From assembly GCA_903813345.2 (NCBI GenBank), contig CAIIXF020000001.1, forward strand, positions 41,416,001 to 41,480,000: a stretch of DNA of 64,000 nucleotides, written 5' to 3'. Source of the stretch: Owenia fusiformis (Eukaryota). Below, in pieces: positions 24,901-35,465 of this stretch. The notes beneath the pieces were generated by a model. The model was not told the DNA's origin. It made no database searches and worked only from the letters and a program-made list of their open reading frames with translations. Both the position numbers and the translations under genes were made by a program. Each line of letters begins with the position of its first letter. Positions within the stretch are counted from its first letter, which is position 1.

Positions 24901-26558
24901 GTATCATTCAAATTTTCTCATGTACCTGACCAGACAAAAAACATAAAGCTGTCATAATTCTGGTTTAATTATGATGACTGGGTGTAACTCGATTCTTTTG
25001 TGGTTTTGGAGTGTAATCTGATACAATTTATTACATTTAGAAAATCCATTGCACATCTTTGACTTAATATTGTAGATACTTTATAGTTCAGCAAGTCATG
25101 GTTTGATTGTGTATAAGTTTTATAAATTATTACCTTTTAGTCTATTTTGAATATGCAATAAAATGTGTTTCACCTTCCATGATTTAATAACATGGACCCG
25201 ATGAGTTTTTCATGTTTAATCATGAAAATCAACATTTTTCAAGAGGTATCAAGTTTCTAGTTTGATGTGATGTAGTAATGTTAGGGCACAGAAAATTGTC
25301 AAGGAGTTGAATTCTAGATGCAATGAAGGCCTTATATGTGCCACCATATTGCTCCCAAAGAACTTGGACCTACATTCACTTTGGTAATGTTCGTCAATCC
25401 AATTTAAAATGTATTTCCAACATTGACTCACTAAACTAAAGTGAACTCTTCAGCAAGTTCAGACTTCCGGAACTTTTGTCACGATGCAAGAGAACTTAGC
25501 AGATGAATATTAGAATGGATTGAGATTAATGAAAGAATTGAGATTGATGACCTTTAACTTTGTCAGTTGTCACGTACATGAAAAGCCAAATGAATGTTGA
25601 ACTGAGAGCCATACAGGATGTGGTAAATGTAGTTATCATCATCAAGTTAGAATTGAAAGTTGGAGTTCTTTTCGTTTGAGAAAGACCATATTTTGAATCC
25701 CGGGTTTGAATCAAGCGATCGAGAAAATATGATTAGAGTTTTCCATTCCAGTTCTTCTCGTTTTCCTTTTATCAGTGTTCATGCGATTATTGGCGCAATT
25801 ATGATGCTTTAGGGTTACCTTCTTCTAAGGCCACTGTATCGTGGCCTTCCAGTACAGATATATTCCTGCATGAACAACTGGTCATGTCGTAATCATAAAA
25901 TTTGAAATCATATGTCCGCCATTTTTCCACATCACAATTTGAATTGCGAGTTTTGGTCTTATTACCTCACCAAAAATTCCAAAACACACACAAAGTGATC
26001 AGTGTATTAGTTCACATCTTCTGGATCGCTAACTTAGAATTTACAGCCAGTTACTAATGTCAGACGTAACGACATTTCGTCCAGTTTTCGAACATCGCCA
26101 TTTTTCTTGGAGCCATTTTGTTTTAATTTTAGATGAAATCCTGATGAAATCATGTCATATCTCATCAAGGAGCCGAGCTGGGTCCGGTTTGATTAATGAT
26201 TTATTTATCTGGCGATTTTTAAAATATTCAATAAATTTATGACACCCCGGCAGCTTTTTTCAAATAGAGTTCACAGTATTCCAGATGAATCCCCTCTAGC
26301 CAAGTATTGGCTAGAGACTCGAGTAACTTTAGGGCACTTGCTACAGGTTTTCACTGGTAAATATTCACATTTGCTGTTTAGTGTTTTTTTCAAAATTCAA
26401 AAATGCTTCCAATTTTGTAGACCTAATAAACTCGATTTAGCTTATCTGTGGATATGAAAAGAGCCATCGAGAATTGGCAACCACAAAAACATAATATCAT
26501 GATATTGTCAGAAGTATTATCTTATTAATTCGTAATAAGGAAAAAGATATATTACCAT
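8807..26558 (-). CDS. RAB32: Ras-related protein Rab-32/Rab-38, ~215 aa
   Basis: Minus-strand exons: 26556-26558 (putative ATG-only exon, lower confidence), 19616-19738, 18493-18571, 11614-11795, 9261-9404 and 8807-8923, all phase-compatible. Motifs GELGTGKTS, IGVDFALK, WDIAGQERFG (Rab32/38/29 signature), LANKCD, ETSAK and C-terminal CC prenylation motif. Confidence 0.95.
9180..9258. repeat. 18-bp minisatellite (~4 copies) abutting a Rab32 splice donor
   Basis: CCCCATAAACTCCTGAAAA repeated. Confidence 0.85.
9436..11402 (-). mobile_element. Family-A HINE-like element expanded with a ~136-bp satellite (~12 copies, 9480-11150)
   Basis: End AACAAGGCATTAACATGACAAAATGTCACCACC is the reverse complement of the family-A 3' end; GGAGACCATAACAA at ~11265 and CATGTCACCACTT at ~11390 match its 5' end; monomer AGTCAATTTGAAGCAAG...GACCTTTTTTGACCTTGAGAAGGTCATTGAAGGTCAAATGTC. 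Confidence 0.8.
13760..13947. mobile_element. Small MITE, CAGGGGC terminus, 5-bp TSD (hAT5-like)
   Basis: TIR CAGGGGCAGATCTGG / CCAGATCCGCCAGTG; ACTTT on both sides. Confidence 0.7.
14423..15294. mobile_element. TIR element CAGGGGCGTAGGAA...TTCCTACGCCACTG
   Basis: 14-bp TIR; flanks GAACA / GTACA (5-bp TSD with one mismatch). Confidence 0.65.
15828..16980 (-). mobile_element. HINE/Helentron-like element with a 135-bp tandem array (~5 copies)
   Basis: ATCCCATCGAAC at ~15860 is inverted to GTTCGATGGGAT at ~16966; GGAC-type microsatellite at 16895-16935; CCAAATATGAACAAAATCGC at 16011, 16146, 16281, 16416 and 16551. Confidence 0.8.
18303..18503. repeat. ~93-bp tandem repeat that includes copies of a Rab32 exon end and splice donor
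   Basis: TTACCTGCTATA at 18303, 18397 and 18489 (the real donor). Confidence 0.85.
18820..18940 (-). rRNA. 28S (LSU) rRNA fragment, ~120 bp, dispersed and non-functional
   Basis: Reverse complement GTATAGGGGCGAAAGACTAATCAAACCGTCTAGTAGCTGGTTCCCTCCGAAGTTTCCCTCAGGATAGCTGGCGCTC...GGTAAAGCGAATGATT matches the conserved eukaryotic LSU core. Confidence 0.9.
19131..19530. mobile_element. Tc1/mariner-like MITE (CAGT...ACTG), 400 bp
   Basis: TIR CAGTTAAATTTTAAATGTTTGGAACTACTTT / AAAGTAGCTCCAAACATTTAAAATTTTACTG; second, interrupted copy at 28895-30230. Confidence 0.8.
20665..23270. repeat. A/C-rich, strand-asymmetric complex tandem array with ~830-bp and 416-bp higher-order duplications
   Basis: ACTTGTATCTAAACTCCACG at 20687 and 21524; block from 22011 repeated at 22427; recurrent GGCACAACC motif. 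Confidence 0.9.
23338..23395 (+). ncRNA. Degenerate minimal type-I hammerhead ribozyme (Penelope-like/retrozyme type)
   Basis: GGCCG-CTGATGA-[GAAAC..TCATGG/CCATGA..GTTC stem II]-GAAA-CATC-TT-GGGCC; two mismatches from an ideal fold; a second partial motif CGAAACGCGTA at ~23277. Confidence 0.45.
24719..24896. mobile_element. 178-bp MITE, 5-bp TSD (hAT5-like)
   Basis: TIR CAGGCCCGTAGCCAGG / CCTGGCTACCGGCCTG; GGTTG on both sides; related partial copies at ~18716-18980, ~24090-24250 and ~50150-50262. Confidence 0.8.
25815..26326. mobile_element. 512-bp non-autonomous element with 8-bp TSD and terminal hairpins (copy 1)
   Basis: Flanked by CTTTAGGG at 25807-25814 and 26327-26334; near-identical copy at 28361-28875. 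Confidence 0.8.
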
Positions 26559-26610
26559 TTTTAGCTCAATTATTCCTGGTTGAAGTTCATCACATGATTT
26601 GGAGACCCTA

Positions 26611-27902
26611 TCTGTTGCAAGACTAACGCCTGGCGTAACCGTCACCATGTTATTCAGTGTTTTTTAAGTAGCGCAAGGATCCTGCCATGACCGTGGTAAT
26701 GTTATCGTGAAAGCCTGGTATAACCGCGACAATGCTGTATTATATTAAAATGCCTGCCATGACCGTGGTAGTGTAATCGTGTAAGCATGTCGCGACCGTA
26801 ACCTTTATATGACATTAATGACCTTTATGTTCGCCCGTTGGTGTTTGTATTTTTTATGGATAAATCTTATTTATTGATCATTATAGAAAGTATATGCTTT
26901 CGAATCGAAGCTCCTTGAATGAGAGTAGAGATATAGTTTGTTAGCAAATTATTTATGAGTAAAAATTAGGTTTTCGTTGTGAAATTAATACACATTTTTC
27001 GTAGTCTTTATTTACATCTTTAAGGTAGTTAAACACGAAGAAAAATTGTCATTACGGTGTTCTCATGCTACTTTAAATACAACCACGGTCATGAGAGGCC
27101 TTGCAACTATTGTCACGGTCATATCAGGCTTTAACCTTACCACGGTCATGACAGGCTTTAACCTTACCACGGTCATGACAGGCTTTAACATTCTGACGGT
27201 CATGACAGGCCTTTCAATCATTATTACGGTCATATAATATATACGGCAATATAACATAATATTGTCACGGTCATGGCAGGCTTTACAAGCATTGTCACGG
27301 TCATGACAGGCCTTGCAATATAATATAGCATTACCACGGTCACGACAGGCCTTGAAATATAATATAGCATTGTCACGGTCATGACAGGCCTTGCAAGCAT
27401 TGTCACGGTCATGACAGGCCTTGCAACCATTGTCACGGTCATACGGGGCTTTAACATTACCACGGTCATGACAGGCCTTGCAATATAATATAGCATTAGC
27501 ACGGTCACGACAGGCCTTGTAATATAATATAGCATTGTCACGGTCATGACAGGCCTTGCAAGCATTGTCACGGTCATGACAGGCCTTGCAAGCATTGTCA
27601 CGGTCATATCAGGCTTCAGCATTAGCACAGTCTTGACAGGCATTACAACCATATTCATTACAGGCCTTGCAATATAATATAGCATTGTCCCGGTCATGAC
27701 AGGCCTCGCAACCATTGTCACGGTCATACGGGGCTTTAACATTACCACGGTCATGACAGGCCTTGCAATATAATACAGCGTTGTCACGGTTATACCAGGC
27801 TTACAAAATAACACTGCCACGGTCATGGCAGGATCCTTGCGCTACTTAAAAAACACCGAATAACATGGTGACGGTTACACCAGGCGTTAGTCTTGCAATA
27901 GA
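26611..27902. mobile_element. Foldback/MITE with ~140-bp TIRs and an internal 21-39-bp minisatellite, TA-flanked
   Basis: TCTGTTGCAAGACTAACGCCTGG... is inverted at ...CCAGGCGTTAGTCTTGCAATAGA; internal ATTGTCACGGTCATGACAGGCCTTGCA array at 27080-27790. Confidence 0.85.
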
Positions 27903-27934
27903 TAGCATGTGGAGATTTGTTGGGGCTTTCCTAA

Positions 27935-28150
27935 AATTACGTCATCAGATAACTTCCGGGTTTTTCTTTTTACTATTTGCTCGTGATTTAGTCCAAGCAA
28001 TCAGATACTGTGATGCTGACATATAGAACTACACTTCCTCTAGTGAATAGACAATCTCTATAGCAAACAAACCATCACGAATTCCATTATATTGACTTTA
28101 AGTGTATAATAATCTGCGCATGCGCCAGTTTTGGAATCCTAACTTCCGGT
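27935..28150. promoter_or_regulatory. Candidate Rab32 promoter motif cluster (CRE-like, ETS x2, NRF1-like)
   Basis: TTACGTCA at ~27937, ACTTCCGG at ~27952 and ~28142, TGCGCATGCGC at ~28115; lies upstream of the putative ATG exon. Confidence 0.45.
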
Positions 28151-28360
28151 AAGAAGTTAAAAAAATTTGTGGTCACTTCTTTACTGATTTTCTAAATATG
28201 CAGCCACTGGGAATGATCAAGTACTATTATTATCGACATGAAGTAACTATATAACAATCTGATGAATTATACATACACTTTGTGTGTCCTGGGCTGAGTC
28301 CTAGGTGTTTTAATTTTTCGAATAATTTTTGAATTTTTTTCTAGGCCTAGACTCATAGAC

Positions 28361-28875
28361 TTACCTTCTTCTAAGGCCACTGTATCGTAGCCTTCCATTA
28401 AAGATATATTCCTGCATGAACAACTGATCATGTCGTAATCATAAAATTTGAAATCATATGTCCGCCATTTTTCCACATCACAATTTGAATTGCGAGTTTT
28501 GGTCTTATTACCTCACCAAAAATTCCAAAACACTCATAAAGTGATCAGTGTATTAGTTCACATCTTCTGGATCGCTAACTTAGAATTTACAGCCAGTTAC
28601 TAATGTCAGACGTTAGCGACATTTTGTCCAGTTTTCGAACATCCCCATTTTTCTTGGAGCCATTTTGTTTTAATTTTAGACGAAATCCTGATGAAATCAT
28701 GTCATATCTCATCAAGGAGCCGAGCAGGTTCTGTTTTAATTAATGATTTACTTATCTGGCGATTTTTAAAATATTCAATAAATTTATGACGCGGCGGCCA
28801 GCTTTTTTCATATGGAGTTCACAGTATTCCAGATGAAATCACCTCTAGCCAAGTATTGGCTAGAGACTCGAGTAA
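28361..28875. mobile_element. Second copy of the 512-bp element with 8-bp TSD
   Basis: High identity to 25815-26326; flanks TCATAGAC / CTATAGAC (6 of 8 match). Confidence 0.8.
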
Positions 28876-28906
28876 CTATAGACTAGGCCTACTACAGTAA
28901 ATTAAA

Positions 28907-29842
28907 CCGACTGTCTCCCGTACCGACAATTGTTGGTACGGGAGACTGCCCAGTGAGTATTTGCTCCTGTACCGACAATTGTCGGTACTTGAGACTGCCC
29001 AGTGATTATTTGCTTGGGTACCGACAATTGTCGTCACTCTATCGTCTCCTAGTAGGGCAAGATAGAGGACCGACATTTTCAAAAGAGGTGGCTGGCTGGC
29101 TTACTACATGTAATTCTTGATTTCCTGATGTTTTTGCGATTTACACAATACACAGATACTAATATTAAATACATTCTGTTTATGAAATGAATTGTCTCTA
29201 ATAAAACTGCACTGAACTGTGATATTTGGAAAATATTGAGTGCAACATTGTTTTAGATTATTTTTCTTGTTGGTTGTGTCAATTAAGGTTATTTTCCTGC
29301 TAATTATCCAGTCACGACTGCCACCTGTTGTTTTTTTAAAATAAAACCTATAAGAAGTTAAATATGAATATAAACTTACAAACTTTCTTGTCATGAGTTA
29401 TTGTTGCCTGTTGATTGGTGATATGTAGGGTCGGGTTGTGAAACTGCTCGTGTTTTACATTTACTTTGAATAATAAAATAAATAAAAACACAATTAGAAA
29501 TAATGTATACCAGTAGATTTTATTCTTCATTTGTTCCATTAATTCATCCACATTACTCAGGAAAATACACAGTTTTAAATTCACGATTTTACATTCAGGC
29601 AAATAAAGGTGAAATCACAATGCTTGCGAATTTAGCATGTTTTACAGTATTTAGCAGACCCACAGACTTTTGGTCGGTTCTCTATTAGATCCTATTAGGA
29701 GTGGCTTCAGTGTCGACATTTGGTTCTCTAGCGTTTCCTACTAGGAGGGGCTGAAGTGCCGACAATCTATTTGTCGGTCCTCTAGCGTGTCAACACAGCA
29801 AAGTCTCCCGTACCGACAATTGTCGGTACTGTAGCCTTTTCG
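28907..29842. mobile_element. 936-bp element with palindromic sub-terminal repeats and 9-bp TSD (Mutator-like), nested in a MITE
   Basis: GTACCGACAATTGTCGGTAC palindromes at both ends; TAAATTAAA at 28898-28906 and 29843-29851. Confidence 0.75.
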
Positions 29843-30023
29843 TAAATTAAATGTTTGGAACTACTTTGAATTTAAAAAATAAGAAATCATATGACTATAT
29901 TGCAACAGTATATGAAAAAATGGAAACATATGTACAAGTCCTAGCTTTTGTATATTTCAGAATCCGATAATTCTGTATAATGTGCAGCTAAGCTGTGACC
30001 TTTTGTAATTTAGAGAGTTTCAG

Positions 30024-30130
30024 CTAGACTATATCCTTTAGTCTGAAATTTTGGTAAATTTTTTTGAAATTTGGAATGAAAATATTCAGACTGATTTCTC
30101 AGGATATTCAGTCTATTGGATATAGACTAG
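30024..30130. mobile_element. 107-bp mini-element nested in the same MITE
   Basis: TIR CTAGACTATATCC / GGATATAGACTAG; flanks AGTTTCAG / AGTTCCAG; the host copy at ~19345 lacks it. Confidence 0.65.
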
Positions 30131-30563
30131 AGTTCCAGCCATGTTAAATAACATGGCAGAGAAGCATCAAAATATAAGAGGGCACAGATATGATAGCTTA
30201 CTACAAAAGAAACTAAAATATACAAAAGGCAGGGATTATATTGACAAATATAAATGCTGTAGGGCTAGGCATCCCATACGGCTGTAGGGAGTGGTTCAAA
30301 AGTTTTTGGCCCTTAAGTATTTATTACTCAATATAATCTTAGGTCTATATTACTATTCAAACATAAAAACTCACCAAAATGATCACTTCATGTTGCTACT
30401 TCCCACCCCCGGAGAACGGACAAAATGGATGTAGGCGATTTATGCAAGAAAATTCAACAAATCAGGAAAATTCATTTAATAGAAACTTTACAACTGAAGT
30501 AGGGTTACTTCCTGCGAAAGCTATTTGGATTTTGATATAATAGCTTTCCCACGGAGCATTTGG

Positions 30564-31042
30564 ACAGCTCAGTGATCGTGACCTTTGAAATCGAATTAAG
30601 TAGATCCGCGGCTTACTTTTGGTCTCTAACTGTGTCTTACATCAGTATCATCAATCCGTGTAAGTATTGGAGCGCTGGAGTACTTCTTTTTCGATCAAGA
30701 CTTGTAATTGTTAGGTCGAGTGAATCGTTTTACTGCCAAATTCCAATATGGCGGTTTCTGCTCGGACATTTTCGTAAATCTCCGGAGGTTGTCCGAACCT
30801 AACTAATTCTCAAAATTCATTTCGTTCGTTGCGTATCTCGCACCTAGCAGTCCGCCATATTGGAAATAGGTCTGTAAAACTTTAACTCGATGAACAATTT
30901 ACAAGTCTTGATCGAAAAAGAAGTACTCCAGCGCTCCAATACTTACACGGATTGATGATACTGATGTAAGACACAGTTAGAGACCAAAAGTAAGCCGCGG
31001 ATCGACTTAATTCAGTTTCAAAGGTCACTATTGATCAGCTGT
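30564..31042. mobile_element. Palindromic element with ~140-bp near-perfect arms
   Basis: GATCCGCGGCTTACTTTTGGTCTCTAACTG...GATCAAGACTTGTAA is exactly inverted at 30898-31002. Confidence 0.8.
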
Positions 31043-31420
31043 TCACTTCTCCGTTTGAGAGCCATAAGTTTCAAAATCTAACATGGCTCTCGAAGTGAGT
31101 AAAAGTAGGGATGTTTTTGTGCACCGACACGACCAAAGGGAGTGATTCGGAAGCTTTTGTGCAGTGTCCCTAGCCCTAAAGTATTTATTACTAGATAATA
31201 TACCTGACCTAAGCTCTATATTATGATTCAAACATAAAAACTCACCAAAAGGATAGGTATCGATATGGTGAACTAAATTCAACAATGTTTTTCTCTTAAA
31301 CCAATTATTGAAAACATTCTGTAAAAAACATGGTCCATTTTGTAATGTTGACTGATTGGCAACAATTTAATGCAAAAATTATTTATATGTATTTTATATA
31401 ACTGTTTTTGTTAACATTTT

Positions 31421-33757
31421 TAGCTCACATGGTGAGCTTTTGCAATCACTCACTTGTCCGTCTGTCCGTCCGTCTGTACGTCCGTCTGTCCGTCAACAAT
31501 AGTGGCACGTTTTAAAACCTCTGTCGATAGGATTCCTGTTTTAAGTTATTTCTGTTCAACATCAATACAGAAAACCCCCCTATGACTCCTGGTTCAAAAG
31601 CTCGCCTATTTTCAAAATGGCCGTCACTTTTGTCTCGCGAAATTCACTTTTAGCCCATTTCCTAGCTAACCTCTGTCGATAGGAATCCTGTTTTAAGTTA
31701 TTTCTGTTCAACATCAATACAGAAAACCTCCCTATGACTCCTGGTTCAAAAGCTCGCCTATTTTCAAAATGGCCGTCACTTTTGTCTCGCGAAATTCACT
31801 TTTGGCCCATTTCCTAGCTTTACAAATAATTTCAGGTGTCCTACATTGTAAAAATCCATGTCAATGTAAAGATTAGATATATGAAATAATTTTGTTACAA
31901 AAAATCAGCGAAAAATTGTATCCATTTTTTTATTTTCAGCCATTTTAGTTAACATTGATTTGTCTATCTGACTCGCGAAATCCACTTTCTGTCAATAACA
32001 GTAGCACGTTTTAAAACCTCTGTCGATAGGATTCCTGTTTTAAGTTATTTCTGTTCAACATGAATTCAGAAAACTCCCCTATGACTCCTGGTTCAAAAGC
32101 TCGCCTATTTTCAAAATGGCCGCCATTTTTGTCTCGCGAAATTCACTTTTGACTCATTTCCTAGCTTTACAAATAATTTCAAGTGTCCTACATTGTTGAA
32201 ATCCATTACAAAGTAAAGAGTAGATGTATGAAATAATTTTGTTACGAAAAATCAGCGAAAAATTATATCCATTTATTTATTTTCAGCCATTTTAGTTAAC
32301 ATTGATTTGTCCATCTGTCTCACAAAATTCACTTTTGGACCATTTACCTTAAACCCTCTGTCGATAGGATTCCCATTTTAAGTTATTTTTGTTTAACATC
32401 AATACAAAAAACTCTCCTATGACTCTTGGTTCAAAAGCTCGGCTATTTTTTCAAAATAGCCGTCACTTTTGTCTCGCGAAATTCACTTTTGACCCATTTC
32501 CTAGCTTTACAAATAATTTCAGGTGTCCTACATTGTAAAAATCCATGTCAATGTAAAGGGTAGATATATGAAATAAGTTTGTTACAAAAAATCAGCGAAA
32601 AATTGTATCCATTTTTTTATTTTCAGCCATTTTAGTTAACATTGATTTGTCTATCTGACTCGCGAAATCCACTTTCTGTGGCACGTTTTAAAACCTCTGT
32701 CGATAGGATTCCTGTTTTAAGTTATTTCTGTTTAACATCAATTCAGAAAACTCCCCTATGACTCCTGGTTCAAAAGCTCGCCTATTTTCAATATGGCCGC
32801 CATTTTTGTCTCGCGAAATTCACTTTTGACCCATTTCCTAGCTTTACAAATAATTTCAAGTGTCCTACATTGTAAAAATCCATGTCAATGTAAAGAGTAG
32901 ATGTATGAAATAATTTTGTTACGAAAAATCAGCGAAAAATTATATCAATTTATTTATTTTCAGCCATTTTAGTTAACATTGATTTGTCCATCTGTCTCGC
33001 AAAATCCACTTTTGGACCATTTACCTTAAACCCTCTGTCGATAGGATTCCCATTTTAAGTTAATTTTGTTCAACATCAATACAAAAAACTCTCCTATGAC
33101 TCTTGGTTCAAAAGCTCGCCTATTTTCAAAATGGTTGCCATTCTTGTTTCGCGAAATTCACTTTTTGCCCATTTCCTAGTTTTGCATTTTAGCTTTAATT
33201 TCAGCTGTCCTGCATTGTAAAAAGCCATGTCACTGTTAAAGGTAGTTGTATGAAATAATTTTGTTACAAAAAATCAGCAAAATATTATATCCGTTTTTTT
33301 TATTTTCAGCCATTTTAGTTAACATTGATTTGTCCATCTGTCTCGCGAAATCCTCTTTTGGACCATTTGCTCAAAACCTCTGTCGATAGGATTCCAGTTT
33401 CAAGTTATTTTTGTTCAACATCAATACAAAAAACTCCCTTATGACTCCTGGTTCAAAAGCTTGCCTGATTTCAAAATGGTCGCCATTTTTGTCTTGCGAA
33501 ATTCAATTTTGGCCCATTTCCTAGCTTTACAAATAATTTCAGGTGTCTTGCATTGCAAAAAGCCATGTCACTGTAAAGAGTAGTTGTATGAAATAATTTG
33601 TTACAAATTATTGGCAAAAAATTATATCCGTTTTTTTTTCAGCCATTTTAATTGACTGAGAGACAGATGGCTTGAAATAATTTTGTAACAAAAATTCAGC
33701 AAAAAATTATATCCGTTTTTTTCTGTCACCATGTGAGCCCAGTACCCATGGTACTAA
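31421..33757 (+). mobile_element. HINE/Helentron-like element with a ~340-bp satellite (alternating dimer), inserted in a T-run
   Basis: 5' TAGCTCACATGGTGAGCT plus GTCC microsatellite; 3' CACCATGTGAGC plus hairpin AGTACCCATGGTACT; CTCTGTCGATAGGA at ~31519, 31671, 32018, 32355, 32695, 33033 and 33378. Confidence 0.85.
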
Positions 33758-34109
33758 TTTTTTGTTTTTAGTGCAATTGTTTTTTGTTCCTTTCTACCAA
33801 TTCTTGAGAATGAAATATAATGTCTTTCAGAACCTCGTTGGTACAACATTTTCTTAGACCTCTCAATATTACAGTTATACAAAGGAAATTTTGGTTGATT
33901 TAACAAAAAGTATGCAAAAACTTAAAAGAAACCCCCCAAAATAGATAAAAATTAAGATAAACCTTTTATTTCATTAACAAGATACTTTTTTGAAATCAAC
34001 CAAACTTTCCTTTGTACAATTACAATATTGAGAGACCTAAACACATTGTGTTTATGTCGTTTTGTTCAAATGAGGTTCGGATAGATGTTTCATTTCATCC
34101 CGAACATAT

Positions 34110-35024
34110 CACGGGATACTAGAGTATCCGCGTATATTGAGTATGACCGGTTCTAAGCTTACGAGTGTGACCGTATTTCTGTTCCTATAAACAGACGAGG
34201 TGAGTACTTGCTTTTTATGAACACTTTCGAACGTTTTCTTTTTATCCTACTTGGTCAATGAATGATACTTGGTATACTTATAATGCCAGGCATATCACAA
34301 GGGGCCTTAATCAAGAGAAAACGTATTAATATTAGATTGAAGCCGTAAAATCCTAGTTTCCAGCATCTTTGATCAGTTTTTGTGTAACACAACGCAACTC
34401 CGAAGAGGATGACACATCTTATGTATAATATATAGCTAGATCTACGAATTAGTCATGAATATTTTAAATAATTTAGCCTGCTCTGTCCAAATATGATACA
34501 TCTTTGAATTTTTGAGAATACGAATGTCACTGGTGCCCCATTATTGGAGAATACGATTGTGAAACAATCAGTGGGCCGTGTTACACTCGTTTCCATGACG
34601 TTTCACAAGCGTATCCTCTGGGAAAAGATAAATCCTTCTCTTGCTCACTCTACGGGGGATCATATAAACTGAGATTTGGAGATCTTGTTCAGGTTAGCCA
34701 TAAAAAGGTTTGGGATTTGTTTTTTTCTACTGTGATATTAATGATTTGGCTCTAAGGCGAGAAATCTGTACTTTCTGATTGATATTCCATTATGAACAGT
34801 TACATTGCTAAAATAGCTCATGTTTAACATTTTTTTGTTACATTACTATTAAATACAGCATAAACTATATTCAACAAACACAATTTCAAAAAGGATAATA
34901 TAGAAGTTAACCTTTATTTTCCATTTTCAAGCAGCTGTGCCTCTCATGACTTTCCAAAACAGGTCATATTCGTAGCCTAAGAACCGGTCATACTCAATAT
35001 ACGCGGATACTCTAGTTACCCGTG
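34110..35024. mobile_element. 915-bp TIR element, CAC...GTG termini, 5-bp TSD (Transib/CMC-like)
   Basis: ~55-bp TIR CACGGG..ACTAGAGTATCCGCGTATATTGAGTATGACCGGTTCT; CATAT at 34105-34109 and 35025-35029; absent from the host copy at ~63165. Confidence 0.85.
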
Positions 35025-35465
35025 CATATGATACCAAGAACAAAAGAAGTGTTTGATGTGTTTTCTAAAACAATATAAAGAAAAGGACATATATATTTCA
35101 AATATAATGTTACCATCCAAAAGATGACCATTAAATTGACGATGTGAAAAATTTTCAGAATGTTTTGATAACTGGTTTAAGAGAAACGCGTGTTCAAAAA
35201 TTTCACCATATCAGTACCACTCCTTTGGCAAAATTGTCACTTCATTTTGCTACTTCCCTGGTGATCGGACAAAATGGATGGGGGGGAGTAGGCGATTTAT
35301 TTTTTCAAGAGAGTTCATTTCTCAAATTCACAAATTGATATACATTTGATACATTGATTAACAGTGTTTCTGACAAAGTCCTCATTATGTCCACAGTGGT
35401 GCTATAAATATCATGAATTATTATATAACTTGTAAATTATATAACTTTCGGGATTTTTAGAAACT

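Larger units (their letters stand above)
31248..35226. mobile_element. ~725-bp MITE carrying two nested insertions
   Basis: TIR AAAGGA..GGTATCGATATGG / CCATATC..TACCACTCCTTT; uninterrupted copy at 62633-63360. Confidence 0.85.

Noticed and set aside
27230..27826. 198-aa ORF of MTVTMLARPV repeats
   Set aside because: Translation of the minisatellite inside a foldback element; unit lengths are multiples of 3; no gene structure
27920..27950. Minus-strand CTGATGA...GAAA resembling a hammerhead core
   Set aside because: Stems I-III do not pair
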